A stretch of DNA of 64,000 bases from Octopus sinensis (Eukaryota): the NCBI RefSeq assembly GCF_006345805.1, contig NC_042998.1, forward strand, positions 203,794,001-203,858,000. The letters are read 5' to 3'. The notes under the pieces are model-generated. The model was not told where the DNA came from and ran no database searches. It was given only the letters and a program-made list of their open reading frames with translations. The translations under genes and the position numbers were made by a program. Shown piece after piece: positions 38,691 through 51,379 of the stretch (within the stretch, counting starts at the first letter, position 1; every line of letters begins with the position of its first letter).

Positions 38691-39954
38691 TTGGGTTGGC
38701 ATCTAAGTTCCCGCCGTTTTTTTAAATTTTGGAATTCATTGCATTTTAAAATTTTGGAATCTATTTTTTTTTCGAGAATTCTATTTTTGAATCATTTTGG
38801 AATCTATTTTGTTTTTTTTTTAATTTTTTAAAATTTTTGTTTATTTTCAGATCATTAAAATGGAAAGTCAAGTAAAGAAAAACGAGCATTTTCGACACCC
38901 ACTTTTTGCTTTTAATCAAGGTTCTAAGGCCGCAAAAGCTGCTCGCGACATTTGTGCTGTGTATGGAGAGGGTGCTATAGTTGAAAGAACCGCTCGTGAT
39001 TGGTATGCCTAGTTCAAAAACGCAAATTTTGACCTCAAAGACGCACCTTGTTCTGGCCGTCCAGTTGAGTTTGATGAAGAGCGATTAAACCAACTTTTGC
39101 ACGAAAATTCTCGTCAAACGACAAGGGAACTGGTAGAGAAAATGGAATGCTCCTATACTGCTATAGAGAAGCATCTTCACTCGACGGGAAAGGTTCAGAA
39201 GTATGGAGCATGGGTTCTGCATGCTTTAAGTGACAACAACAAAAATCAACGAGCCACAATATCCGCTGGTCTGCTTGCTCGTCACCGCTCAACTCATGGA
39301 CACAAGCAACAATTTCTTTACCGAATCGTTACTGGCGACGAAGCATGGTGCCTGTACATGTATATGAAGCAGCGTAAGGAATGGCTTAGCCCCAGTAAAC
39401 AAGCGACACCGCACATGAAACAAGGTCTTCATCCGCGTAAAATGTTGTGCGTATGGTGGGACTGGGAAGGGATTATCTATTACGAATTGCTTGAACAGAA
39501 AAAAACGGTCAACACGGAACAGATGGAACGACTCAACACGGCTATTCAAGAGAAAAGACCTAATCCTCAGCATGGAGTTCTGCTGCACGACAACGCCCGA
39601 CCTCATATCGCCAATATTACCAAGAAAGCCATCCAAACTGGGATGTGCTGCCACACCCACCGTACTCTCTGGATTTGGCACCAACAGATTTCCACCTCTT
39701 TCGATCTCTTTCAAATGCTATGCGCGGAGTTTCGTTCAATACCGATGCAGAATTGAGAGCTTGGTTTGATCAACATTTCGAGTCGAAATCGGGTGATTTC
39801 TACCAACAAGGTATTGAAAATCTTGTTGAACGTTGGGAAGAAGTTGTAAACAACAAGGGTGAATACATTATTGATTAATTAGTTGTTACTTTTTTTTTAA
39901 CCTTTTAAAAAATTTTAATTTTAAAATACGGCGGGAACTTAGTTGCCAACCTAA
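38691..39954 (+). mobile_element. full-length mariner transposon, 1264 bp
   Basis: TIRs TTGGGTTGGCATCTAAGTTCCCGCCGT and (reverse complement) TTAGGTTGGCAACTAAGTTCCCGCCGT; TA duplicated on both sides. Confidence 0.95.
38860..39878 (+). pseudogene. mariner transposase pseudogene
   Basis: ATG at 38860; WVLHAL, VTGDE, HDNARPH and YSLDLAPTDFHLF motifs; one stop and several frameshifts. Confidence 0.93.
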
Positions 39955-41143
39955 TATGTTTAAATGATAAACTTCTACAAAGTTTTACAGTCTTTTTTTT
40001 TTTGTAGTCTTCAAATTAGCTTTCTCTTTTCTGGTTTTGAGAAGCCAAATTTCTCAAGATTGGTATTTAGGCAGTGTGTTACATATCCCAGTGCCCCAAT
40101 AATTACAGGTATAAACCTGGACTTATAATCTGGATAGAGTAACTGTAGATTTCTCAATAGTTCAGCATAGGTGTTCTCTTTTTCACTGATCTTCAGCTTT
40201 ATGTTAACATCCGATGGGCAACTAATTTCCACAACTGTACACAGTTTCTTTTCTCTGTCCCAAAACATTCTACCAGACCTGTTGTGCTTACATTATATTG
40301 AGGTCTTTATTGGGACATTCCACCAGTATTCCTTTTTATTATGAGTGGCTATGGTTCTTATTTCTTTGCCCTTGTATGTATGTATGTATGTATGTATGTA
40401 TGAATGTATGTATGTATGTATGTATGTATGTATGTATGTATGTATGTATGTATGTATGCATGTATGTATGTATGTATGTATGTATGTATGTATGTATGTA
40501 TGTATGTATGTATGTATGTATGTATGCATTTATGTATAGTCATCTATACCGACCAGCGTAACCTAGCGTCAGATTTCTAGTTATTTTATCCAGTCCAAGA
40601 TGAAAAAAGCAGCACCGTCTATCTGATGCGACTGGATCCCAGAACTTAGATGATCATAACTCAATACCAGCAGACATATAGTCCTATGCTCTGGTGATTT
40701 TTGAAAGCAATATGAACCAAGGAAATGCGAACGAATTATGTTAATATTTGAGTTGTTTCTATGTATTCTACAGACAGCGAAAAAGTACCAGAAAGGTAAT
40801 AAAATAAAGAAAAGAATTCAATAAAAGCCACTTGGAAATACAACCGAAATACAGATTATTAAGAGTTGTGAGAGGAACAGCTGGGTTGATGGTGATAGCT
40901 AGTTATACAGGAAATATCCTGATATGTTTCAAATGCTTTGTAAATAAATTGTTCCAATCCAGGGAGAACGTTTGACGTGGTAAATGTTTGTATAGTGAGT
41001 TCATCGGATTGATTGTCTTGTTTATCGATGGAACCGAATAAATTGAGCGTAGAAATAATCGGCCATATTTAAACATACATTAACACACAGGAGAGCCAAA
41101 CACACACTTTCTCTCCCCTTCGTTCTCGCTCTCGCTCTCGCTA

Positions 41144-41327
<184 letters not shown>

Positions 41328-41813
41328 CTATCTGTCTATTCATTATCTATCTGTGTATGTGTTCGCGTGTCTTTCAAATATAGACAGAAAGATTGATGGA
41401 TATATGTGTGCATTTATGTGTATACACCCATAGGTATGTACAAAGGAGTATATACACATCTACATATGTACACACAGACACACGCACAGATATATATGTA
41501 TATCCACAATATTTTTTAATTCTCTCTCTGTATATTTTCTCTTATTTCTTTCTGCTGAAGAGCGTAGGCTCGAAATGTAAAAGACTTTCTCACTTCCCCG
41601 AGCATCAAACTAATACACCTGCTTGTTGTTCATACAAGCAGGTGTATTAGTTTAACTCTCGGGAAAGTACATATATATATATATATATATATATAGAGAG
41701 TCTGACTATTGAAGTGTACCGTTGCAATAAATTTGAGTCATTAGTCTGCAGGTCAACCCAAATATTAAGCTAAACATCTTTTTAGTGTTTCTCCGTCTCT
41801 CTTCTTCTCTCTT

Positions 41814-41848
<35 letters not shown>

Positions 41849-41854
41849 CCTCTG

Positions 41855-41894
<40 letters not shown>

Positions 41895-41963
41895 TCTCTG
41901 TCTTTCTCCTCTCATATCTTCTCAATTTAATTTTAATAATTTGTTACTTCGAATATCAAGATA

Positions 41964-43144
41964 TTAGTTTAGAAAGAAAGTCCAGTCTAATTTCAAGATG
42001 GTAAAGAAGCAAATGATTCTTTGGTCATAATTGATTTATTTAATCAAGATAACGTTTCCCCATTCATTTGGTAAATTGCTGATCCGTCAAGCATAAGATT
42101 CTTCAGGTTTCGGAACAAAGAAATATTCGGTATTATTTTAACCTCTCCACAGTCAATAAAGAGTCTTCCTTCTAAGTAATGTTGCAATGATCCGAAACGA
42201 CGATGCAACAAGACCGAGTGAGGAAGGACAATGAGGTAAAACTTCCATATTTCCTGCTATCCTTTCTTTGGTGACTCGGGGGCAACATGTAGTCTTCACT
42301 TGTCGTGTAAGAGTAACGTCCCTTTCAGATTGATTAATGAGGAATACTTTTTCTGCAAACTTTTGTGCAATGCTTCCAAACGACAGCAATACTTCTCTGC
42401 ATTAACTGTTCTGTTAACGATAAATGACAACCCTCCATAACTCACCACTGATCCTGCCTGACTTTTTTCATGTGCGGTTCTTTTGAGAGAGATGAGATTA
42501 CTCTTTTATTGGCCGCTGACCATTGTCGTTTTCGTTGAGTATGATTATAGAGAACACACTTTCCATCAATTGTAATGATTCTACCAACGAAAGATTCAGT
42601 AGTAAATCTACTTTTCAATGGTGAGCAGACGATAACGCTTTGAGTAAGCTTAGAAGCAGTCACATGATGAAGAAGGAACCACTAAGTTTATACACATTTT
42701 TCTAGCTTTTGAAAGTGTTTGATGATTGAAGTGTGACTTGAATTGAACTGTTTTGCTAATTCACTTGTAGTTTGCATCGGAATTTCTTCAATTACGACTT
42801 TCAGGAGCTCAGCTTTGAGAAAACTTGGTCGTCTAGATGGAGGGAAACCTGTGAGAGAAAAATTTCCGAGCGAAACTGAGGAAAGCCTCGTTGGCATTCC
42901 GGACACTTAAAGTTTCATTTCTGGAGTCAGAAGGAATTCGTATCACTTCTTTTCGGCAAAGCTCTTTTGGAATTCAAACAGCAGGCAACGAATCTCGTAT
43001 GGGTCTCATCTAAACTCATTTCAAAAGGCTAAAAACTAATATGCATTTAATCACAAAGGAGTGAAGTAACTTGCAAAGAAAGAAAACAAACCGACCCCGA
43101 AAATGAACAAATAAACATGCGACAGGACTTTCTTTCCAACCTAA
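41964..43144 (-). mobile_element. older TIR-complete mariner relic
   Basis: TIRs TTAGTTTAGAAAGAAAGTCCAGTC and (reverse complement) TTAGGTTGGAAAGAAAGTCCTGTC; fragments TTSELAKQF, RIITIDGKCVLY, VLPHCPSSLGL. Confidence 0.85.
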
Positions 43145-43806
43145 CACATACATACATACATACATACATACGTACATACATACATACATACATACATACG
43201 TACATACATACATACATACACACATACATACATACATACATACATACATACATACGTACATACATACAAACAAACATTCATACATACATACATACATACA
43301 TACATAATACATACATACATACATACATACTACACACATACATACATACATACATACATACATACATACATACGTACGTACGTAACGTACGTACGTACGT
43401 ACATACATACATACATACATACATACGTACGTACGTACATACATACATACATACATACATACATACATACATACAATACATACATACGTACATACATACA
43501 TACATACACACACACATACATACATACATACATGCATACATACATACATACATACATACATACGTACATACATACAAACATACATTCATACATACATACA
43601 TACATACATACATACACACATACATACATACATACACACATACATACATACATACATACATACATACATACATACATACATACATACGTACTTACATACA
43701 TACATACATACGTACGTACATACATACATACATACATACATGCATGCATACATACATACGTACATACATACATACACATACATACATACATACATACATA
43801 CATACA

Positions 43807-43838
<32 letters not shown>

Positions 43839-43860
43839 CATACATACATATATATATACA
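43145..43860. repeat. about 715-bp (CATA)n array with CGTA variants
   Basis: Direct reading. Confidence 0.95.
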
Positions 43861-44162
43861 TATATATACTTCTAATATAGGATAAAAATTATTTCAAAAG
43901 TTTCATCAAGTGGCCAGCCTATTAAAATACCTTTTAAGGTGAAAATTATAAACAATTATAAATAAGGGCAAAAGATAAAGTTTCTATGCCAATATGCTGA
44001 GAAATAGACTTTAAATCGTCAATCCCCACATACAATACACATCACTATGAATACACGTTCTTTTGCCCTTATTTATAATTGTACATATATTTATACACAC
44101 ACACACACACACCACACACACACACACACCCACACACTATATATATATATATATATATATAT

Positions 44163-44273
44163 GCCTGCTCGCCTAGCCAGCGGGTGGTCCATTTAGGGCT
44201 AAAACAATGCGAACGCATTGTGACCAGCGATGTGTACAACATCTGATAGTCCGGTCGGTCACATGATCACGTG

Positions 44274-44275
<2 letters not shown>
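44163..44275 (+). mobile_element. isolated SINE tail type 2
   Basis: Matches 21550-21665. Confidence 0.75.
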
Positions 44276-44311
<36 letters not shown>

Positions 44312-44319
44312 AACATAAC

Positions 44320-44355
<36 letters not shown>

Positions 44356-44512
44356 GTATGTTTGTATGTATATTTTTATGTATGTATGGATATATAGCCA
44401 GACAAACAGACAGTCAGACAGACTGACAGGCAGACAGACTGACAGATAGATAGGTAGGTAAGTAGGTAGCTAGGCAGGTAGGTAGGCAGAATAAGAGAAT
44501 GACTGAGTGATT

Positions 44513-44596
<84 letters not shown>

Positions 44597-44639
44597 CACA
44601 CATACACATTTACTGATATATCTACATATGCACACATAC

Positions 44640-45050
44640 ATCTATTCCATCATACATAATTTTCGCAGTACGAATCATCATGCAGGACACTGACTGTATC
44701 CACGGAAGAACACATGGCGGGGGCTTAGAAGAAGCTGCTTACCGTGTATCAGGATCTGGTAGAACAGAACAGAACAGAGGCAACTCAAGAGGGCTGCCGG
44801 GGTGTGGTGGAGGGAATTCACTCCACAAGATTCTGATTATGTTGGAGTTACTGATGCTTCGAAGAAAAAGACCCTGCCTTCCATTACTGAAGCCACTACG
44901 AGAAGGCCACTATGTGGCTTGGCTGACCAGCGGTTTGCTGCTGTTAGGATCAACCACAGCTGGGTCAAACTGGGCGAGGGGGTCTGATGATGAAAGGCCC
45001 AAAACCACCTCAGACCCCAGAAACATTACTGATGATACATCAGCGAGATG
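44640..45050 (+). mobile_element. HERO-like LINE 3' relic
   Basis: Broken frames LTVSTEEHM...YQDLVEQ...EGCRG...SITEA...EKATMWL, then a 3' UTR hairpin GGGGTCTGA / TCAGACCCC. Confidence 0.55.
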
Positions 45051-45081
45051 TACCCTGTAACCACACACACACACATTCATA

Positions 45082-45173
<92 letters not shown>

Positions 45174-45217
45174 TGTATATATGTATGTATGTATGTATAT
45201 ATATATTTATACATATA

Positions 45218-45256
<39 letters not shown>

Positions 45257-45328
45257 TATATATATATATATTATATATATTATAATAGATAGAGAGAGAG
45301 ATAGATAGATAGATAGATAGATAGATAT

Positions 45329-45365
<37 letters not shown>

Positions 45366-45466
45366 AGATAGATAGATATAGATATAGATATAGATATATA
45401 TATAGATATATATATAGATATAGATATAGAATAGATATAGATATAGATATAGATAGATATAATATA

Positions 45467-45596
45467 CTTTATTAAAAGCTACAGAAATATCACAAAAACT
45501 GTTACTCAGAATTTTACGATCCCGTTCTTGACCGACGAACGGGAACGTGAAACTCTGAGTAAGGTTTTTGTGATATTTCTGCTGCTTTTAATAAAG
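45467..45596. mobile_element. head-to-head Penelope-like repeats centred on a hammerhead core
   Basis: About 60-bp arms; + strand CCGACGA-ACG-GGAA-CGT-GAAA-CTCTGAGT-A at 45532-45561 (stem I partner absent). Confidence 0.65.
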
Positions 45597-46212
45597 CATA
45601 TTACTCTACATCTGGTATTCGAGTACTCTTTATTTCCACCTTGTTTCATATTCATGTAGCGATGTGTCGGGGTTTACTCATGTGTGTGTGCATGTGTGTG
45701 TGAGTCTTTATGTGGACGTGTGGGTTTAGGGTTGGATGTGGATGTGTATGTTTTTCTTGTGCTGTGTGGGGGCGGCTCTCAACGGACCAACCATGAGGAA
45801 GACAATGATAATTCAAATTCAAATCCAATAGTGTATTTATGTCATAAGGAAAATTACTAAATGGAACCCGGACATACATGTGTGTCACTTCGGATCCTAA
45901 TGTAAGCGATATTAATAATATTATGAATGGTAATAATGATAGCATTAATGGTATTGACGACGATAATGATGCTAACTTTAATGACACTTTGGAAATTAGT
46001 AGGAAGTGATATAATATACTATTGACTATGTATATTTGCATCTAGGTACTAATATGTGTATGTTTATTATCACAATATTAAGTCGAAAAACTGAAACATT
46101 GAATGTGGAACATATATATGTTTACTAATTTATATTATTTATTTACATTATTATGTATATGTATATTTTTATATCTATAGGAGTGTGAGTATATGCACTC
46201 ATATGTATATGT

Positions 46213-46347
46213 ATATCTCCGAAGAGGCCTTATGATAGATACTTTTGTAAATGTCTCATTTATATCCATATATTGACCTACTATAATAGGCTAATATTGG
46301 TAAAATGAGACATACTTATCTACATGGCCGAAACAGCTGTAAGATGT
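46213..46347 (+). ncRNA. type I hammerhead ribozyme with long stem II (U4C)
   Basis: ATATCT-CCGAAGA-GGCC-[about 96 nt incl. ATGTCTCATTT / AAATGAGACAT]-GGCC-GAAA-CAGCTGT-A-AGATGT: stem I 6 bp, stem III palindrome ACAGCTGT; predicted cleavage after GUA (46341). Confidence 0.72.
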
Positions 46348-46590
46348 AATCTATACTTATATTTATATTTACTTATATTTATATTCTCTTTTTTATATAT
46401 ATTCTACTTATTATACAACATTACTCTTTTATGTACGCTTTTTTATGTACATTCCTTTGTGTACACTGATTTGTTCTGCTTTTTTATGTTTAACCCTACA
46501 GTCTCTTATGTGGTGGTTTAATAAAGTATGTGATTGAGTATTATCTGATAATTGATATTTGATTTAGATGTATTTCTCCATTTTCTATCT

Positions 46591-46756
<166 letters not shown>

Positions 46757-46769
46757 TATATGTTGTATA

Positions 46770-47000
46770 TATATCACATGGTCGACCAGACTATCGGGTG
46801 TTGTTATACACCGCTCTGGTCACAATGCGCTTCGTATCGTTTTAGCTTACGAATGACACTACGTCGCTGACTCAGGGTGCAGGTCAACATTTTCCCCCGA
46901 ATCCGAAGGGTGGTCCGGCGCTGGGTGGCCCATTTACAGCTGAGCGGAGCAACGTGAAATGAAGGGTCTTGCTCAAGAACACAGTGTAACACGCACCTTC
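46770..47000 (-). mobile_element. degraded SINE (family D core plus tail type 2)
   Basis: GTGTTCTTGAGCAAGAC...TTTCACGTTGCTCC core on the minus strand; tail matches 44163-44275. Confidence 0.6.
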
Positions 47001-47084
47001 ACATACATACACGCACCTTCACATACATACACGCACACATACATATTTACTCATGTATCAATCTCTGTCGTATATGTATATATA

Positions 47085-47485
47085 GGAGTGGCTGTGTGGT
47101 AAGTAGCTTGCAAACCAACCACATGGTTCCGAGTTCAGTCCCACTGCGTGGCATCTTGGGCAAGTGTCTTCTGCTATAGCCCCGGGCCGACCAATGCCTT
47201 GTGAGTGGATTTGGTAGACGGAAACTCAAAGAAGCCTGTCGTATATATGTATGTATATGTATGTGTGTGTGTGTTTGTGTGTCTGTGTTTGTCCCCCTAG
47301 CATTGCTTGACAACCGATGCTGGTGTGCTTACGTCCTCTAACTTAGCGATTCGGCAAAAGAGACCGATAGAATAAGTACTGGGCTTACAAAAGAATAAGT
47401 CCCGGGGTTGATTTGCTCGACTAAAGGCGGTGCTCCAGCATGGCCGCAGTCAAATGACTGAAACAAGTAAAAGAGTAAAAGAGTA
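47085..47485 (+). mobile_element. SINE family A, full length
   Basis: AGGAGTGGCTGTGTGGTAAG...GGTTCCGAGTTCAGTCC...GGTGCTCCAGCATGGCCGCAGTCAAATGACTGAAACAAGTAAAAGAGTAAAAGAG. Confidence 0.9.
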
Positions 47486-47875
47486 TATATAGTATATGAT
47501 TATTATTGAAATGATTAGTAATTAAAATTTCACAATTTACATTTTCGCTTAATTATGAACAATTTCTTCGTTGAGACATCTCCACTCCCTTTATTTCAAC
47601 CAATCGCAATCCTTCACGTAAAATAATATTTACCCATCATTTCTCAGCAATAAACCCTGTCTTAACAAACAGTAATTACCTCATAGCAACAAAACATAAA
47701 ATTAGTGTCCATTAAATCATAACAATATTTTAACGGCCAATTAACATTCTAGAATTTATATTAAAGATAAATGGATTTTCTTTTTAATAAGTCAATATTT
47801 TTCGCCGAAGTTAAGGCGGCGAGTTGGCACAATAGTTAGTTCGTCGGGCAAAATGTGTGTGTGTATGTGTAAGTA

Positions 47876-48008
47876 CTTTATTAATAAATCTGCAAAGACA
47901 TCACACAAACTGTTCCTCAGAGTTTCACGTTTCCGTTTGTCCAACGTACAGGAATGTGAAACTCTGAGTAACAGCTTTTTTGATGTCTTTGCAGCTTTAT
48001 TAATAAAG
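47876..48008. mobile_element. second head-to-head repeat of the 45467 family
   Basis: Same arm sequence and same downstream continuation (GCATATTAC...GGTATTCGAG); hammerhead core more decayed. Confidence 0.65.
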
Positions 48009-48110
48009 CATATTACCCTATCCCCGGTATTCGAGAGTACTATTTTTTCCTCCAAGTTTCACATTTATGTCTTTACTCTCGTGTGTACATACATATATAT
48101 ATATTATATT

Positions 48111-48157
<47 letters not shown>

Positions 48158-48160
<3 letters not shown>

Positions 48161-48323
48161 ATATAAAATGGGATAGAACGCAAAAAATCCGGAAACTAGG
48201 TAATACAAAAAGGGACACACAAAACATCCAGATAGACGATACAAACAAAACAAGGACGAGTCATTCGAAGCGAGGATGATCTGGTTCTTGTCCCATTTTG
48301 TATCTTATATGTATATATATATA

Positions 48324-48361
<38 letters not shown>

Positions 48362-48515
48362 AATCGCGAGGATGATCCGGTTCTTGACTGAGGATTAAAG
48401 GCTTCGAATGACCCGTCCTTGTTTTTTTTTGTATCGTCTATCTAGATGTTTTGTTGTCCCTTTTTGTATCACCTGGTGTCCGGATGTTTTGCGTTGTTGT
48501 CTTATTTTGTATCTT
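48158..48515. mobile_element. inverted plus tandem terminal-repeat cluster, Penelope-like
   Basis: Arms 48158-48271 and 48401-48515; direct repeat CGAGGATGAT.GGTTCTTG at about 48271 and 48367. Confidence 0.55.
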
Positions 48516-48559
48516 ATATACATATATATATATATATTATATATATATATATATATAGA

Positions 48560-48634
<75 letters not shown>

Positions 48635-48843
48635 ATATATATATATATATATATGTTCGAAGGTTGTAATGGATGCAGGTTCGTGTGTCATATAGCTAGC
48701 TAGAGGCGGTGGCCTCTTGGGGCTAATCAGCGACAGCTTTAGTCTTATATTTATAGACTACCATATTAGTATGGCGATAACTATTAATATCCAGTAACGC
48801 TGCCGTAATCTCCTTTAGAGAGACTTAGTAATTTTAATATTTC

Positions 48844-48894
<51 letters not shown>

Positions 48895-48937
48895 GCGGTG
48901 TACGTACACTTTGTTCTCTTATATATATATATATATA

Positions 48938-49010
<73 letters not shown>

Positions 49011-49035
49011 CAGACAGATAGATAGATAGATAGAG

Positions 49036-49106
<71 letters not shown>

Positions 49107-50229
49107 CAGACAATGGATAGATAGATATTCACACGCACATATGCGCGCACGCACATACATATATGTGTATATGCATGTATATGATAACTATATGATGATG
49201 ATGAAGAAACGGAAGTGAATATGTTTGCCTGAGTCCGTTTTTATGTAACTATACGTTTGTGTATATTTGTTATGCATGTGTACCCCCTCTCCCCCGTCAG
49301 CATGCCTGTGAGTATATATCACTTCGTGTGTATGCGTCTGTTTGTCGGTAAGTGTTAGTTTGTACGTTCACGTCTGATTTTAATGAAAATGTCGAACCTA
49401 AACGAGAAGCGAGCAGATTATAGGAAACGAAAAATAATTCGAAAAAGAGAAAAACAGCAGACACAGAAAAACAGGGGTAAAGATATTAAAGAGAGAGAGA
49501 CACAGCTCGGTGAATCGGGCGAAAGGGAATTAGGGAGATGAAAGAAAATATGGGATGAAGGAAAGCTGTGAAAAGAATGAAAATAGAGTAGGAATGAAAT
49601 GTTAAAAAGAGATAGGAAACGAAAAAGAAATAAAGGAAAATGGGGAGAAGGAATTAAAAAAGTAATAAAATAGATGTAAAGATGAATGAATTAAAAAAAT
49701 GAAAGAAAGGAACGGGTGTATATAAACAATAAATGGAAGGAGAGAATGCATGTGTAAACAGAATTAATGAAAGGACAGGATGCTTTTATAGAGTAAAACT
49801 GATGTGGAGAATGGATGTATAGAAAAAAATAAAGAGAATGAACGAATAGAAAAGGTGAATGGGAAAAAAATGGAGAGAAAGAAGGAAGAAAGGGAGAGAA
49901 GGAGTGTAAAGAAAGAAAGAGCGGAAGAAGAGAATGCGTGTATAGAAAACATGAACGAATGGAAACAATTGGTGGATAGAAAAATATGATCGAAGGGTAT
50001 CCATGGGGACAATAAATGCATTCACAGTCGTCGGCAACAATCTGGCTCGCTTTTATTTTTAAACATTTTACAAAATGTTATTTTCAATATATTAAGTTCA
50101 ATGTAAAACTCCATGTAGCCATTCCGATACAACAATAATAAAATAATAATAATATGGATAATAGAAATATTAAAATATGGATAATGATAGTTATAAATAA
50201 ATAAATAAAAGTTATAAGTAAATGAATAA

Positions 50230-50830
50230 AAATCAGTCAGGGAATCAACGCAGAACTTGTAGGAATGGAGGTGAAAGAATTAAGCATCTCATCAGTGCGT
50301 GCAGTAAGTTAGCACGAGAAGAGTATAAACGCAGTCATGACTATGTGGGTAAAAGAATGCATTGAAATGTTAGCCGAGTGTGTGGATTAAAGCAGAAGAG
50401 AAATGTTATGAACAGGAATGTGATTGAAAAAGAGAATAATAATTATAGAGAATATAATTATAGAATAATAATTATAAGATTTCCCTATAACGACTGACCA
50501 TATTACTGAAGTAAGAAGATATGATTATAGTGGACAAAATCAACAGTGTAATAAAATAACTGTGGGAACGAGAGAAATTGAGAAAATCTAGAATAATCAG
50601 AATCTAACCAGAGAAATGTAGAGATTATAGAAAACTAAAGACAATTGTTCATGTGGTAACTGGAGATGATGGTAACAGCTAAACTGACACCTAAAAGTTT
50701 CAAAGACTCCCGTTGTCAATCTGCAGAAAACTACCATCCTACATTCTGCAAGACTCGTAAGGAAGATTCTTGAGATCTGAGAAGACTTGTTGTTACCAAA
50801 CATCTCTGCTAACTAATAGAGCTTGGAATA
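50230..50830 (+). mobile_element. degraded R4/Dong-clade LINE 3' fragment
   Basis: HLISACSKLAREEYKRSHDYVG...FPITTDH...LQKTTILHSARLVRKILEI*. Confidence 0.7.
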
Positions 50831-50859
50831 GTTTTTAGCATTCTCTAGGCACAAGATCT

Positions 50860-51360
50860 GAAATTGTGCGTGGTGGGGACAAGTGAATTGCATCGACCCA
50901 GTACTCAACTGGCCCTTATTTAATCGACCCCAAAATGGTGAAAGGCAATGTCGATCTCGGATGACAGAATCGGACAACATGCTTAGCGGCATTTCGTCCG
51001 TTTTTACGTTCTGAGTTTAAATTCCGCCGAGATCCACTTTGCCGTTCATCCTATCGGATAAAATAAGTACCAGTTGAACACTGGGGTCGATGTAATCGAT
51101 TAGCCCCATCCTCCCAAACTGCTGGACTTCCGCCAAAATTTGAAACCAGTTAAGGCAGCGAGTTGGTAAAGTCGTTACTACGCCGGACAAACTGCTTAGC
51201 GGCATTTCGTCCGTCTTTACGTCTGAGGTCAAACCCCTGAATTCCATTTTGCATTTCATCGTTTCGGCATCGATGAAAAATGCACCAGGTGTACACTAGA
51301 AGTGATAAAATAGACTTAGCCCCGCCCCTCAATTGCTGGTTTTGTGGCAAAATTTAAGAC
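50860..51360. mobile_element. cluster of SINE family C fragments, both orientations
   Basis: Repeated CGGCATTTCGTCCG...GTTCATCC...GATAAAATAAGTACCAG motifs. Confidence 0.65.
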
Positions 51361-51379
51361 CATTATAATTACAAAGTGA

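Larger units (their letters stand above)
38471..40372 (-). mobile_element. 5'-truncated R4-clade LINE (RLE end plus 3' UTR) split by a mariner
   Basis: WDREKKLCTVVEISCP...IIGALG; the 3' UTR is continuous across the mariner when compared with 58900-59150; CATA arrays flank both ends. Confidence 0.9.

Noticed and set aside
44975-45030. CTGATGA...AAAAC in the HERO-like 3' UTR as a hammerhead
   Set aside because: No G12 or stem II, and the CTGA is sequestered in a GGGGTCTGA/TCAGACCCC hairpin.
48385-48425. CTGAGGA...GAATGACCCGTC as a hammerhead
   Set aside because: GAAU rather than GAAA, and neither stem I nor stem II pairs.
49400-50000. Lys/Glu-rich ORF-like stretch (also 54430-55280)
   Set aside because: Purine-rich low-complexity sequence with frequent stops.
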